Translations under genes and position numbers: made by a program
Origin: Myxococcales bacterium
GTDB lineage: Bacteria > Myxococcota_A > Polyangia > Polyangiales > Houyiibacteriaceae
DNA length: 64,000 bases
Reading direction: 5' to 3'
Assembly: GCA_024640845.1 (NCBI GenBank)
Contig: JAHEEE010000145.1
Span: forward strand, 456 to 64,455
Notes under the pieces: generated by a model
Databases searched by the model: none
The model's input: the letters and a program-made list of their open reading frames with translations, nothing else
Told to the model about the DNA's origin: nothing
In this document: piece by piece, positions 44,378 through 53,606 of the stretch
Layout: each line of letters starts with the position of its first letter
Numbering within the stretch: the first letter of the stretch is position 1

Positions 44378-45421
44378 CTATGCTGCGGCAAGCCGCCGAC
44401 GTCGCTCGGCCAGTGTGAGCGGCTTGCTCACCTCCTTGACCCCATCATACTCGTCTTGCGCCTGCTTGTGGTACCAGTCCGGATAGAAGTGGGTGCACCA
44501 CTTGCGGAAATCGGCAATCGGGCCGTCGCCGTCACAAAGCATGGGCTGGTTGAAGAAGGCCTTGTTCTCCCAGACGGGCGCGTCCTCCTCGAGCTGCCGC
44601 GCGATCTCCCTCGTGAAGGCCCTGCCAACACCCTCCGTGATTTCCGCGCCGCCGATCTTCTTCACGGAAAACGAGAAGCGAACGTCGCAGTATTCATCGT
44701 CGATCGGCGTGACCGAGGCCATGTTGGTCGTCTCGACGATGCCTCGGAAACGGCTTACCGAGAAGCCAAAGCCGTGTACCTCGACGTCTAGCTCGCCGGT
44801 CACGTCGCCGCGCGGCGTGTTGTAGAGCGCGTCGGTGATCATCTTGATGTGCGGGTATTCGAGCTTGATCGTGTGCGGTTGCGGGACGATCTCCATGCCG
44901 TGAACGTACCGGAAGTGCGCCTTGTCGACGACGTTCTCGCACATGTCCTGGTTGTGCGTGCGTAGCTTCCAGCGCTGCTTCCAGTATGGCGTCCAAGCCT
45001 CGTTGTTCCATTCGGGGATCTCGGGAATGTCCCATTCGGGCTCTTTGCCTTCGATGTCGTGCCAAACCATGATGATGCCGTTGCGCTCGATCACTGGCCA
45101 TGCCGTGACACTGGCTTTGCGTGGGAGGTGTTTGGCATATGGCACTTTCGTGCACTTGCCCGTTCCATCGAACTTCCATGCGTGGAACGGACATACGATG
45201 CCGTCTCCCTCGACCTTGCCGCCGTGCCCGAGGTGAGCGCCCATATGCGGGCAGAACGCGTCGAGCACGCTGACTTCGCCGTCTTCCGTGCGGAACATGA
45301 CCATTTCGACGCCGAAGTACTTGAGTGGCACGACATCGCCGCTCTCGAGCTCGTCCGAGTACGCAACCTGGAACCATCCCCGTGGGTAGCGTGGAATCGG
45401 AAATCGCGGTCTCTTGCTCAT
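44378..45421 (-). CDS. Rieske [2Fe-2S] non-heme-iron oxygenase, KshA-like, paralog 1
   Basis: CPHMGAHLGHGG...CPFHAWKF Rieske motif. ATG at 45421 with AGGAGAA upstream. Confidence 0.85.
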   Translation of the reverse strand: MSKRPRFPIPRYPRGWFQVAYSDELESGDVVPLKYFGVEMVMFRTEDGEVSVLDAFCPHMGAHLGHGGKVEGDGIVCPFHAWKFDGTGKCTKVPYAKHLPRKASVTAWPVIERNGIIMVWHDIEGKEPEWDIPEIPEWNNEAWTPYWKQRWKLRTHNQDMCENVVDKAHFRYVHGMEIVPQPHTIKLEYPHIKMITDALYNTPRGDVTGELDVEVHGFGFSVSRFRGIVETTNMASVTPIDDEYCDVRFSFSVKKIGGAEITEGVGRAFTREIARQLEEDAPVWENKAFFNQPMLCDGDGPIADFRKWCTHFYPDWYHKQAQDEYDGVKEVSKPLTLAERRRRLAAA

Positions 45422-45434
45422 GGCTGTTCTCCTG

Positions 45435-46409
45435 TCATTCCGCCGCGTCCGCAGCCCTATTTCGCGGCGTGTAGAATTGCGAGTACCAGCGGCGGAATTC
45501 GCCAATCGGACCGTCGCCGTCGCACAGAATCGGCCGGTCTAGGTAGATCTTGTTTTCCCAGATCCGGACGTCTTGCAGATAGCCGTCCCGCATGTTGTCG
45601 ATGAAGTGGTCGATGAGATCGTCGGTCATTCCTTCGACCGCCTTCATCGAAACGCCGAAGCGAAGCATCACGTTTTCATCGTCGATGGGGGTGTGCGCGT
45701 TGATGATGATGCCGAGCCCTTTGCCGTACATCTTGGTTACCTGATACGCGGGCCCGTAGTATGTCGCGGTCGACTCGAACTCGTCCTTGCCGCCGTGCAC
45801 GGGGTAGGCGATGGCTTTGATTTTCTGTTGGCCGATGTGGTCGCTGTAGGTGTTGCTGAACGAGCCCGGTATCGGATGCGTGTTGTGCACCGGAATGAAG
45901 TGGCCCGCGTCCGCGAGGTTTTCCGCGATGGCGAGCGGCGGCGTCTTGATCTGGAGCTTCGCGTAGCGCCATGGAAGAAACTCGGGATCTTCCCACTCTT
46001 CAATCGCGGGGATCTCCCAATCAGGCTGGCTCTTCTCGCGGTCGTGCCAGACGAAGATCATTCCGTTGCGCTCCATCACCGGCCAACATGCGACGCTCGC
46101 TTTGGGAGGAATGCGTTTGGCGTAGGGGATCTCGATGCACTTGCCCGCGCCGTCAAACTTCCATGCATGGAACGGGCATACGATGCCCTCTCCTACGATC
46201 CTGCCCCCATGTCCGAGATGCGCGCCCATGTGCGGGCAGTACGCGTCCAACACTTTCGCTTCGCCTGACTCGGTACGAAAGACAACGAGCTCCTGGTCGA
46301 AGCGCTTCAACGGCACGACATCGCCGGGGTTCAGCTCTTCCGAGAACATGAGCATGAACCAGCCGCGGGCAAAACCCGCCCAAGGGTTCGTCATCCTGTC
46401 GTTGTCCAT
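45435..46409 (-). CDS. Rieske [2Fe-2S] non-heme-iron oxygenase, KshA-like, paralog 2
   Basis: CPHMGAHLGHGG...CPFHAWKF. AGGAG precedes the ATG at 46409. Confidence 0.85.
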   Translation of the reverse strand: MDNDRMTNPWAGFARGWFMLMFSEELNPGDVVPLKRFDQELVVFRTESGEAKVLDAYCPHMGAHLGHGGRIVGEGIVCPFHAWKFDGAGKCIEIPYAKRIPPKASVACWPVMERNGMIFVWHDREKSQPDWEIPAIEEWEDPEFLPWRYAKLQIKTPPLAIAENLADAGHFIPVHNTHPIPGSFSNTYSDHIGQQKIKAIAYPVHGGKDEFESTATYYGPAYQVTKMYGKGLGIIINAHTPIDDENVMLRFGVSMKAVEGMTDDLIDHFIDNMRDGYLQDVRIWENKIYLDRPILCDGDGPIGEFRRWYSQFYTPRNRAADAAE

Positions 46410-46425
46410 CGGAAGCTCCTGAAAG

Positions 46426-46454
46426 TAGAACGTGTTTCACTAGAACATGTTTCA
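46426..46454. promoter_or_regulatory. Two tandem KstR-type (TnnAACnnGTTnnA) operator-like boxes
   Basis: TAGAACGTGTTTCA (46426-46439) and TAGAACATGTTTCA (46441-46454). Both match all eight fixed positions of the motif. They lie 17-45 bp upstream of the Rieske operon start. Confidence 0.5.
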
Positions 46455-46553
46455 ATTTGGCGAGACAGGCAAGCCGGATTTCTCTCGTTCGACTCGCGAA
46501 AAAGGGTGTGTCCAGGCATTGACCCGGAAAACTTAGACACTAGTTAGACATAC

Positions 46554-47981
46554 ATGGGCGCGGCTCGAAAACAAAAGCTGGTGATTGCGGGTGCCTCGGG
46601 CTTCGTGGGCCAGGCGCTCGCGCCGGCGCTGGCGGCGCGTTTTCACGTGATTGGCTTGTCGCGCACAGCCCGTCAGCCGGGGGGCGGATTCGACGAATAC
46701 CGCGCCTGTGATCTCTTCTCGCTGAGCCAGACTGAGGAGGCGCTCGAAGGTGCCGAGTACGCGGTCTATCTCGTACACAACATGATGCCGTCCGCCCGGC
46801 TGACGCAGGGCGACTTCGAAGACCTCGACATCGTGTGTGCGGACAACTTCGCGCGTGCAGCGGCAGCCGCGGGCGTCAAACACATTGTCTACCTCAGCGG
46901 GCTTTGCCCCGATGGCACGGAGCTGTCGAAGCACCTCAGGAGCCGTTGCGAGGTCGAGCGGACTCTGGCCAGCTACGTGGTCCCTGTTACCACTCTGCGA
47001 GCCGGCCTAATTCTCGGTGGGCGAGGTTCATCGTTTCAGGTCATGGCGCGTCTGGTTCGGCGCTTGCCCCTGATGATCTGCCCCCGGTGGACGAACACGA
47101 AGACCCAGCCGATCGCGCTTCGTGACGTCGTTAGCTTGATTTCGGGCGTCGTCGGTCGCGAGGATTGCTACGACCAGGCGTTCGACATCGGAGCGCCGGA
47201 CGTTGTCACCTACAAACAGCTGATGTCGATGACGGCGACTGCCCTGGGCAAACGCCGATTGTTCATTCCCTCGCGCGTACTGTCGCCTGGGCTCTCGCGT
47301 TTGTGGATCACGTTGATCACCGGTGCTCCGAAAGCGCTGGTTGGACCGCTGGTCGAGAGCCTCCGCCACGAGATGGTGGCCAAGGAGGATGGACTCGCCG
47401 CGCGGCTTGGCGTCGCTCTCACCCCGACCGCCGAAGCGATTCACCAAGCTGTTGCCGAGTCCGACGACACAGCTCCTCATGCATTCCGAGGCGGCGCCTC
47501 GCGCACCGGCCCGTCGCTCGTGCGCTCCGTTCAAAGAATGGCACTGCCGGCCGGTTGGACGGCGAAGCGCGCTGCAACCGACTACCTCCTTTGGCTTCCG
47601 CGTATGTTGAGCGGCCTGCTTCGCGTCGACCTCGCGTCCGTCAACCGCTTCCGGTTCGTGTTCGCTCCATTCGATCTCACGCTACTCGAGCTCGAGCGAG
47701 CACCAGAGCGCAGCAGATTGGACCGTCAGCTCTTTTACGTGACTGGGGGCGCTCTGCGCGGCGCCCGCGGGAGACCGCGATTCGAGCTTCGCCAAGTGCT
47801 CGGGGGACGAACTTTGCTGACGGTCGTCCACGACTACGAGCCGCGGCTTCCTTGGCTGCTCTACGTGTCCACTCAAGCCATTTTTCACCGTTGGCTGATG
47901 GGCCGGTTCGGAGCGCATCTATCGCTCCACCGCCCTCGCAACACCCGCATCTCAAACTCAGCGAAGGCCTTGTCTTCGTAA
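46554..47981 (+). CDS. NAD(P)H-binding (NmrA/atypical SDR) protein with a large C-terminal domain (DUF2867-like)
   Basis: LVIAGASGFVGQAL Rossmann motif. 475 aa. Confidence 0.7.
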   Translation: MGAARKQKLVIAGASGFVGQALAPALAARFHVIGLSRTARQPGGGFDEYRACDLFSLSQTEEALEGAEYAVYLVHNMMPSARLTQGDFEDLDIVCADNFARAAAAAGVKHIVYLSGLCPDGTELSKHLRSRCEVERTLASYVVPVTTLRAGLILGGRGSSFQVMARLVRRLPLMICPRWTNTKTQPIALRDVVSLISGVVGREDCYDQAFDIGAPDVVTYKQLMSMTATALGKRRLFIPSRVLSPGLSRLWITLITGAPKALVGPLVESLRHEMVAKEDGLAARLGVALTPTAEAIHQAVAESDDTAPHAFRGGASRTGPSLVRSVQRMALPAGWTAKRAATDYLLWLPRMLSGLLRVDLASVNRFRFVFAPFDLTLLELERAPERSRLDRQLFYVTGGALRGARGRPRFELRQVLGGRTLLTVVHDYEPRLPWLLYVSTQAIFHRWLMGRFGAHLSLHRPRNTRISNSAKALSS

Positions 47982-48005
47982 ACGCTCATTTGGAGGAACA
48001 CAAAC

Positions 48006-48521
48006 ATGCGAACCGATAAACTACTACTCACTTCCTTCCTTGCTTTGGCCCTCGTCGGCTGTGCGAAGGACGTGCCCCAACCCTCGACGCCGGCCCAAGC
48101 GGTGACCCAGCCCAACATCGTGACCGTCGCCGCAGGAGCTGGTCAGTTCAACACGCTGGTTGCAGCCGTGAAGGCCGCCGATCTCGTCGATACCCTACAG
48201 AGCCCCGGCCCGTTCACGGTCTTCGCGCCTACTGACGAGGCGTTCGCGAAGCTCCCAGTCGGCACGGTCGACAGCCTCCTTCTTCCCGAGAACAAGGAAA
48301 AACTCACTGAGATTCTCAAGTACCACGTGGTCGCTGGCGAAGTTCTCGCTGCCGACGTCGTGAAGCTGACCTCCGCCGACACGGTGGAAGGTCAAGCGGT
48401 GATGATTACCGCATCCGATTCGGGCGTTCGCGTCAATGACGCCAACGTCATCCAGACCGACGTGATGGCATCTAACGGCGTCATTCACGTCATCGACACC
48501 GTTCTGATTCCCTCATCTTAA
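48006..48521 (+). CDS. Fasciclin (FAS1) domain lipoprotein
   Basis: Lipobox [17 protein letters not shown] and [14 protein letters not shown]1 motifs. Confidence 0.85.
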   Translation: MRTDKLLLTSFLALALVGCAKDVPQPSTPAQAVTQPNIVTVAAGAGQFNTLVAAVKAADLVDTLQSPGPFTVFAPTDEAFAKLPVGTVDSLLLPENKEKLTEILKYHVVAGEVLAADVVKLTSADTVEGQAVMITASDSGVRVNDANVIQTDVMASNGVIHVIDTVLIPSS

Positions 48522-48566
48522 ACGAAACGCAATTCCCAACCTAATCCTATCCTCTTCCTACAACCC

Positions 48567-48599
48567 GAGGCTGCCCGCTCATGGTGGGCGGGCAGCCTC
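48567..48599 (+). terminator. Stem-loop terminator candidate
   Basis: Perfect 12-bp GC-rich stem GAGGCTGCCCGC / GCGGGCAGCCTC with a 9-nt loop, 46 nt after the fasciclin stop. There is no strong T-tract. Confidence 0.55.
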
Positions 48600-48737
48600 A
48601 CCTTCTCTGGCACCGGGGCGGGTACGCAGAGTAAGGAGCCGGCAAATGATGAATGTACTCACCACCACCCCATTCATCGTCAGGCGAACTGCCGGGTGTC
48701 CAACCACTGAGTGCTCGCCCTGTTGCGTCTTTTAATC

Positions 48738-49652
48738 ATGAACAGCACTGCACAAGAAACAAATGGCCTCTACCCGATGCGTGTGGTTTCACGCCTGACG
48801 GGGCTCACCGCAGACACCATTCGCGTTTGGGAGCGTCGCTACGGCGCGGTCGACCCCGAACGGACAGACGGTAACAAACGTCGCTACAATGGAAGCCATG
48901 TGCGTCGCCTGGTGTTGCTCAGGCGTGCGACCGAGCTTGGGCATTCAATCGGCCAAGTTGCCACTCTTCACGACGAGGAGCTCCGGCGCATCATTGGGGA
49001 GATCGGCCCTGACATCGACAGCCAGGTCTCGCTCTACGACGCTCTTGTCGAAGACTACCTGGGGGCGATTACCAGCTACGACGTGCAGCGCGCCGAGTCG
49101 ATACTTACTCGTACCGCAGCGATTCTGCCTCCCATGACCCTGACGCTCGAGGTCATCGTGCCGCTGATGCGACGTGTAGGCGAGGCGTGGATCGCGAAGC
49201 AGCTTCGTATCTCTCACGAACACATCATCTCGGGCCAGCTTCGAAGCTTGCTCGGCACGCTGATGCGTCACACGGACCCCCAGCCCGGTGCACCCCGGAT
49301 CATCGTTGCAACGCCCCCGAGTCACCTTCACGAGTTTGGCGCCATCATCGGCGCGTTCATGGCGGCGAGCCGGGGCTACGAGCCGATCTATCTCGGCACG
49401 CACATGCCTTTCGAGGAGATCGCTGACGCCGCTGACCAAGCCGGAGCATCGATTATCTTGTTGAGCATCGCGCGGAGCTGTGAGCCGGGTGAACATCTCG
49501 GCCTCGTGGCAGGAATCGAGCTCCTCGCGCGAGGGCACGAGGTCTGGCTCGGACTGCCGGAGGGGCACGAGCTCGGTCACAACAACCTTCCTGCCAAGCT
49601 CTTGTACCGATACGAGGATCTCGACGCCCTCATGACAAGCCAAATCGGATAG
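48738..49652 (+). CDS. MerR-family regulator with C-terminal cobalamin-binding domain (CarH/LitR-like)
   Basis: MerR HTH (RVVSRLTGLTADTIRVWERRYG). C-terminal Rossmann-like B12 module with ...PPSHLHEFGA... (xHxxG). Start could be the ATG at 48738 or the GTG at 48711. Confidence 0.8.
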   Translation: MNSTAQETNGLYPMRVVSRLTGLTADTIRVWERRYGAVDPERTDGNKRRYNGSHVRRLVLLRRATELGHSIGQVATLHDEELRRIIGEIGPDIDSQVSLYDALVEDYLGAITSYDVQRAESILTRTAAILPPMTLTLEVIVPLMRRVGEAWIAKQLRISHEHIISGQLRSLLGTLMRHTDPQPGAPRIIVATPPSHLHEFGAIIGAFMAASRGYEPIYLGTHMPFEEIADAADQAGASIILLSIARSCEPGEHLGLVAGIELLARGHEVWLGLPEGHELGHNNLPAKLLYRYEDLDALMTSQIG

Positions 49653-49663
49653 ACTTCGCCGCG

Positions 49664-50812
49664 ATGGCGAAGTGCATCTTGTGGTCGGCTTGTCTGTCGT
49701 TGCTTTCACTTGGTGGCTGTAGCTCCTCGGACTCGGGTTCTGCCGGCGCCGGCGGCACGGCTGGCGCTGGTGGCGACTCCGGCGCGCGCTTGGTCGTGAC
49801 CGCAGATTGGTTGAACCAGTCGCTCACGCTCCTCGACTACGACAAGCTCGTCGACGGGCAAAGCGATGCGGAGGCATCGATCATCGGAGAAATCGATCTC
49901 TCCGACTGGGGACCCGGCCCCGTCGAGGTGGAGATCACGCCGGACGGAAAGACCGCCGTCGTTTCGGTTGGCCCGGCATTCTTCGATACGCTGCCAGCGC
50001 TGGTCGGTAATCCCGAGATAACTCCCGGAGGCACCTTGCTCATCGTCGACCTCGAGTCAGGTCAGGCGGAACAAGTGCAAACCGAAGACGTGCCCCTCGG
50101 CATCGCGATTAGCCCTGACGGGACCACGGCGTACACGGCCAACTATGGGACCAGCGACGCGCGTGGCGACAGCCTTTCCATCATCGATATCGCCGGTCGC
50201 CGTGTGATCGAGGAGGTCAACGTCGGCAGTGGCCCTGAACAGGTCGCGTTGAGCGCCGATGGGAGCCTCGGTATCGTCAACGTCGTAAGCGGACGCGGCG
50301 TACGCCTCTTCGAAACCGCTGATGTTGCGGGGACTCTGTCGGACGTCGTCGAAACCGGTTCCGATCCATCTGACGTCTCGTTCCTCGACGGCAACGATCG
50401 GGCCGTGACGGCGAACAGCTTCAGTTTTGACGTCACGCTCCTCGATACGTCCAATCCCAGCAGTCCGACGGTGCTCAACCGTACGGCCCTCGGCACCGGC
50501 GTTCCCTATGGGGTCACGTACGTGCCGGCACGGGACGAGGTCCTCGCGCCGGCAGCCGCAACAGGCACCGATCTGCCCACGTATCTCGTCACATTCACTC
50601 GAGACGCTGATACGTTGAATCCGAGCCTGCCGCTCGAATTGCCGGGAGACAACTTCCCGCTGACGGCCACGGCCGACTCGTCCGGCGACTTCGCGTTTGT
50701 GGCTCACATCGTCGATCACAAGCTGACGATCATCGAGCTCGACACCGGCGACACACGGTCGATCGAATGGCTCACGGAGTCCGGTCCGTCCTACGTCGCA
50801 GTCCAACCCTGA
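49664..50812 (+). CDS. Beta-propeller (YVTN/lactonase-like repeat) lipoprotein
   Basis: Lipobox LSLGG/C with a Ser/Gly linker. Repeated ...P.G.A.SPDG..A.V.N... blades. Confidence 0.7.
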   Translation: MAKCILWSACLSLLSLGGCSSSDSGSAGAGGTAGAGGDSGARLVVTADWLNQSLTLLDYDKLVDGQSDAEASIIGEIDLSDWGPGPVEVEITPDGKTAVVSVGPAFFDTLPALVGNPEITPGGTLLIVDLESGQAEQVQTEDVPLGIAISPDGTTAYTANYGTSDARGDSLSIIDIAGRRVIEEVNVGSGPEQVALSADGSLGIVNVVSGRGVRLFETADVAGTLSDVVETGSDPSDVSFLDGNDRAVTANSFSFDVTLLDTSNPSSPTVLNRTALGTGVPYGVTYVPARDEVLAPAAATGTDLPTYLVTFTRDADTLNPSLPLELPGDNFPLTATADSSGDFAFVAHIVDHKLTIIELDTGDTRSIEWLTESGPSYVAVQP

Positions 50813-50894
50813 ACGAACGATCAAGCTTCGAGCCCCGTTCCGCTCACGACGGAACACGGGCTACCGCGCGCGGTACCTTCTATATTGAAAGACG

Positions 50895-50918
50895 GAAGAA
50901 GAGGGGGGTCTCTTCTTC
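50895..50918 (+). promoter_or_regulatory. 5' leader hairpin GAAGAAGAG-gggggt-CTCTTCTTC
   Basis: Perfect 9-bp stem 15 nt upstream of the ATG at 50933. The G-rich loop could be the SD sequence. Confidence 0.25.
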
Positions 50919-50932
50919 GTTGGGGGTACTAC

Positions 50933-51835
50933 ATGTCTTGTCTTCGAAAGTGGGGGGTCGTTGGTTTGTTGTTTGCCGCGGTGCTGTGGATGGCGCCCGG
51001 GCAAGCACGCGCATATCCCGAGGAGCCCTACAGTCTCGACGAAGGTCCGAAGGCGCACACGAAACGCTTTCACCTCCTCGGCGAGCTCGGCCTCTTCGCC
51101 GCCGGCAAGCTAGAGGGCGACCAACGTTCGATTGTACTGAGCCCGCTGTTCGAAATGCGTTTCCAGCTCGCGTATAACTTCCTGATGCAGGTCCAGTGGG
51201 GCTTCTCGTACGCGAATGTCAAACAGGAGGGCGCAGGTGCCGAGAACGCGTTTCGCGTTGGCAACCCGTACGTGGCATTTCACTACCAGGGCAAGAAGAA
51301 CCAGTTCTCGTATCGTATCGGCGCCGGCGTCGGGATCCCCGCCGCCACGCTCTCCGACGACGTCAACGATCGTGTGATTCAGGGCGAAGCGTACCGCCTT
51401 GCGGCCGCTTTGCGCGGAAACACCAACTTTTGGCTCTGGGATCCGCACACGGTGAGCGTCATCGTTCCGATCGCGTTCGAGCGCAGAAAGCCGAGTGGCT
51501 TCCTCTGGGGCGCCTATCTCGACACCGGCGCGCTCATCAAGCTCAACGACAAAAGCCCTCGCACTTCCAAGACCGATTTCATCATGCAAATGGCCGCGAT
51601 GATGGGCTACCAAGCCACCGATTGGCTCCGCGTTGGCTCACGATTCACCTTCGTCTTGATTCCAAAGTTCAACGAGCAAAAGACGCAGCTTGCCGTCGAG
51701 CCCTACCTTCGATTCGGCAACGAGAATGGATTTGGCGCGATTCGCTTGAACATCAACATCGACAACCCCAACGGGTTCTCCTTCGACAAACGACAGGTAT
51801 GGGGCCTTCGGCTGGGCGGTGGCGCTTCGTTCTAG
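50933..51835 (+). CDS. Putative outer-membrane beta-barrel protein
   Basis: ATG at 50933 gives a signal peptide (...LWMAPGQARA/YP). Alternating strands. Ends ...LGGGASF. Confidence 0.55.
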   Translation: MSCLRKWGVVGLLFAAVLWMAPGQARAYPEEPYSLDEGPKAHTKRFHLLGELGLFAAGKLEGDQRSIVLSPLFEMRFQLAYNFLMQVQWGFSYANVKQEGAGAENAFRVGNPYVAFHYQGKKNQFSYRIGAGVGIPAATLSDDVNDRVIQGEAYRLAAALRGNTNFWLWDPHTVSVIVPIAFERRKPSGFLWGAYLDTGALIKLNDKSPRTSKTDFIMQMAAMMGYQATDWLRVGSRFTFVLIPKFNEQKTQLAVEPYLRFGNENGFGAIRLNINIDNPNGFSFDKRQVWGLRLGGGASF

Positions 51836-51929
51836 CGGCCGAGCAGACCTCCGTTGCACGCGGGGCGCAAAGCGCATATCGTCGCGGCGCTCCGGACGCG
51901 TGGTTGGGTCCGGGCCTTGGTTGGATATC

Positions 51930-52301
51930 ATGTTTGTCGTGCTTGCCCTCGCGGTGGCACTCTTCGTCTTTGTAATGGGGGCGTGGGGTGTGTTCGCTCC
52001 AGGGTCCATCTTCGCGTTCCTCTCCGGCTGGAGCTCGAAGACGGGATTCTGGCTCGCCGTATTGCTGCGCCTATGCTTCGGCCTCGCGCTTTGGTTCGCC
52101 GCGCCTGACACCCGTTTGCCCGCTCTTCTGCGCGGCCTTGGCGCGCTGGCCATCGTCATGGCGGCGGCCCTGCCGGTGATCGGCTACGCTCGCTTCGAGC
52201 GTGTGATCGAGTGGTGGACGAGCCACACGCCCTTCGTCATGCGCTTGTGGTCCTTGGTCGCCGTGGCGATTGGCGGCGTGGTGCTCTGGTCGCTGACCTA
52301 G
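51930..52301 (+). CDS. Small hydrophobic membrane protein
   Basis: ATG at 51930. 123 aa, about 4 TM helices. No motif recognised. Confidence 0.45.
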   Translation: MFVVLALAVALFVFVMGAWGVFAPGSIFAFLSGWSSKTGFWLAVLLRLCFGLALWFAAPDTRLPALLRGLGALAIVMAAALPVIGYARFERVIEWWTSHTPFVMRLWSLVAVAIGGVVLWSLT

Positions 52302-53593
52302 ACGAAGATCGGTAGGTCCGAGCCGGCGAGCGGGAAGGCCGCCTTGTAGTCGTCGGGCACGCCTGCCAGGTCGCGGAGCGCGCGATGCACGTCCGCGATG
52401 CCGAGTCGGGCCCCCTGCGATTCGTCCGGACGGCCGGTCGGCTCCAGCGTGACCGGATCCACCAAGAACAGGTTGTGCCGATCGTCGGTGCCGCCGATCA
52501 CGCGGTTCCCCGGGATGCCCGGACCCATCATCATCATGCTGCTGATCGGCCAGTGGTCCTTGCCGTTGCCGTTGTTGTAGCCCGGCGTGCGGCCGAAGTC
52601 CGAACCCATCACGATGGCCACCTTGTCGGCGATGCCCATGCGCTCCGCTTCTTGCATCGCGAAGTTGGCGCCGTTCACGAAATCGATGAGGCGCGGCAAG
52701 TGGTTGTTGTCGTGGTTTCCGTGCGTATCGAAACCGCCCATGCTGACGCTCACGCTGACCGAAAGGCCAGCTTGATAAGCTGCGAGGGCAACCTGGATCT
52801 GCCGCTGGAGCCGATCATCCGCGAAGTTCTCGGGCAGCGATTCGGAGACGCGCTTGAGATCGTCCTGACCGAGACGCGCCAAGATGAGCTCGTCCTGGCC
52901 GTCCCAGATCCGTGGAAGGCGCTGCCGCCCTTGAAGCCTGAGAAGCCGGAGCTGTTGCTCTCGCTGGATGACATCGGGCACGTCCTTGTGCCCGAAATAG
53001 TTCTCCTCGGAGCCCGTGGGGTCGGGGCGAGCCGGGAACGCGAGATTGTGCAGCAATCCGCCATCGCCGAGTGGCACCGCATTGGTGACGCCTTGGGTGT
53101 CGAGGTAACCGCCGTAGCCAATGAGCGGCATCGGCAGCGTAGGGCCGTGCGTCGCCGCGATCAGCGCGCCAATCGGCGGATGACCCTCCGCCGTCCGCCC
53201 ACTCCACGTGCCGCGCGTGCCCTGGTCATGACCGTTCGTGCCGGTGTCCATCCCGTTGATGACGAGTAGGCGCTGGTAGTGCTCTTGAAAGAACGCGTCG
53301 AGTGCGGTGCCATCGTCGCCGAGCGGCGCGTACTCGATGTTGCCCGCGGTACGGATGTCGCTCTTCAGGAAGCGGCCCATCGGGTCGTTCTCGTTCTCGT
53401 TGGCGCGGCCTTTCGGGTCGCAAAGGTGTGTCGGGTCCCAGCCGCCACCGGCGTGCATGAAGATCCAATAGGTGCCGGTGTACCCGGACCCGGCAATGGA
53501 CTGCGCGCTACCGCGGAGTGGGTCCACGACGGATGGCAGGACACAGGTCAGTCCTGCCATGCTTGCCATTTTCAAGAAATCACGACGATCCAC
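52298..53593 (-). CDS. DUF1501 (sulfatase-fold) protein with Tat signal
   Basis: MDRRDFLKMASMAGL twin-arginine signal. HAGGGWD and GGFDTHGNH motifs. Confidence 0.85.
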   Translation of the reverse strand: MDRRDFLKMASMAGLTCVLPSVVDPLRGSAQSIAGSGYTGTYWIFMHAGGGWDPTHLCDPKGRANENENDPMGRFLKSDIRTAGNIEYAPLGDDGTALDAFFQEHYQRLLVINGMDTGTNGHDQGTRGTWSGRTAEGHPPIGALIAATHGPTLPMPLIGYGGYLDTQGVTNAVPLGDGGLLHNLAFPARPDPTGSEENYFGHKDVPDVIQREQQLRLLRLQGRQRLPRIWDGQDELILARLGQDDLKRVSESLPENFADDRLQRQIQVALAAYQAGLSVSVSVSMGGFDTHGNHDNNHLPRLIDFVNGANFAMQEAERMGIADKVAIVMGSDFGRTPGYNNGNGKDHWPISSMMMMGPGIPGNRVIGGTDDRHNLFLVDPVTLEPTGRPDESQGARLGIADVHRALRDLAGVPDDYKAAFPLAGSDLPIFV

Positions 53594-53606
53594 TGCTAGT
53601 CCTCCC

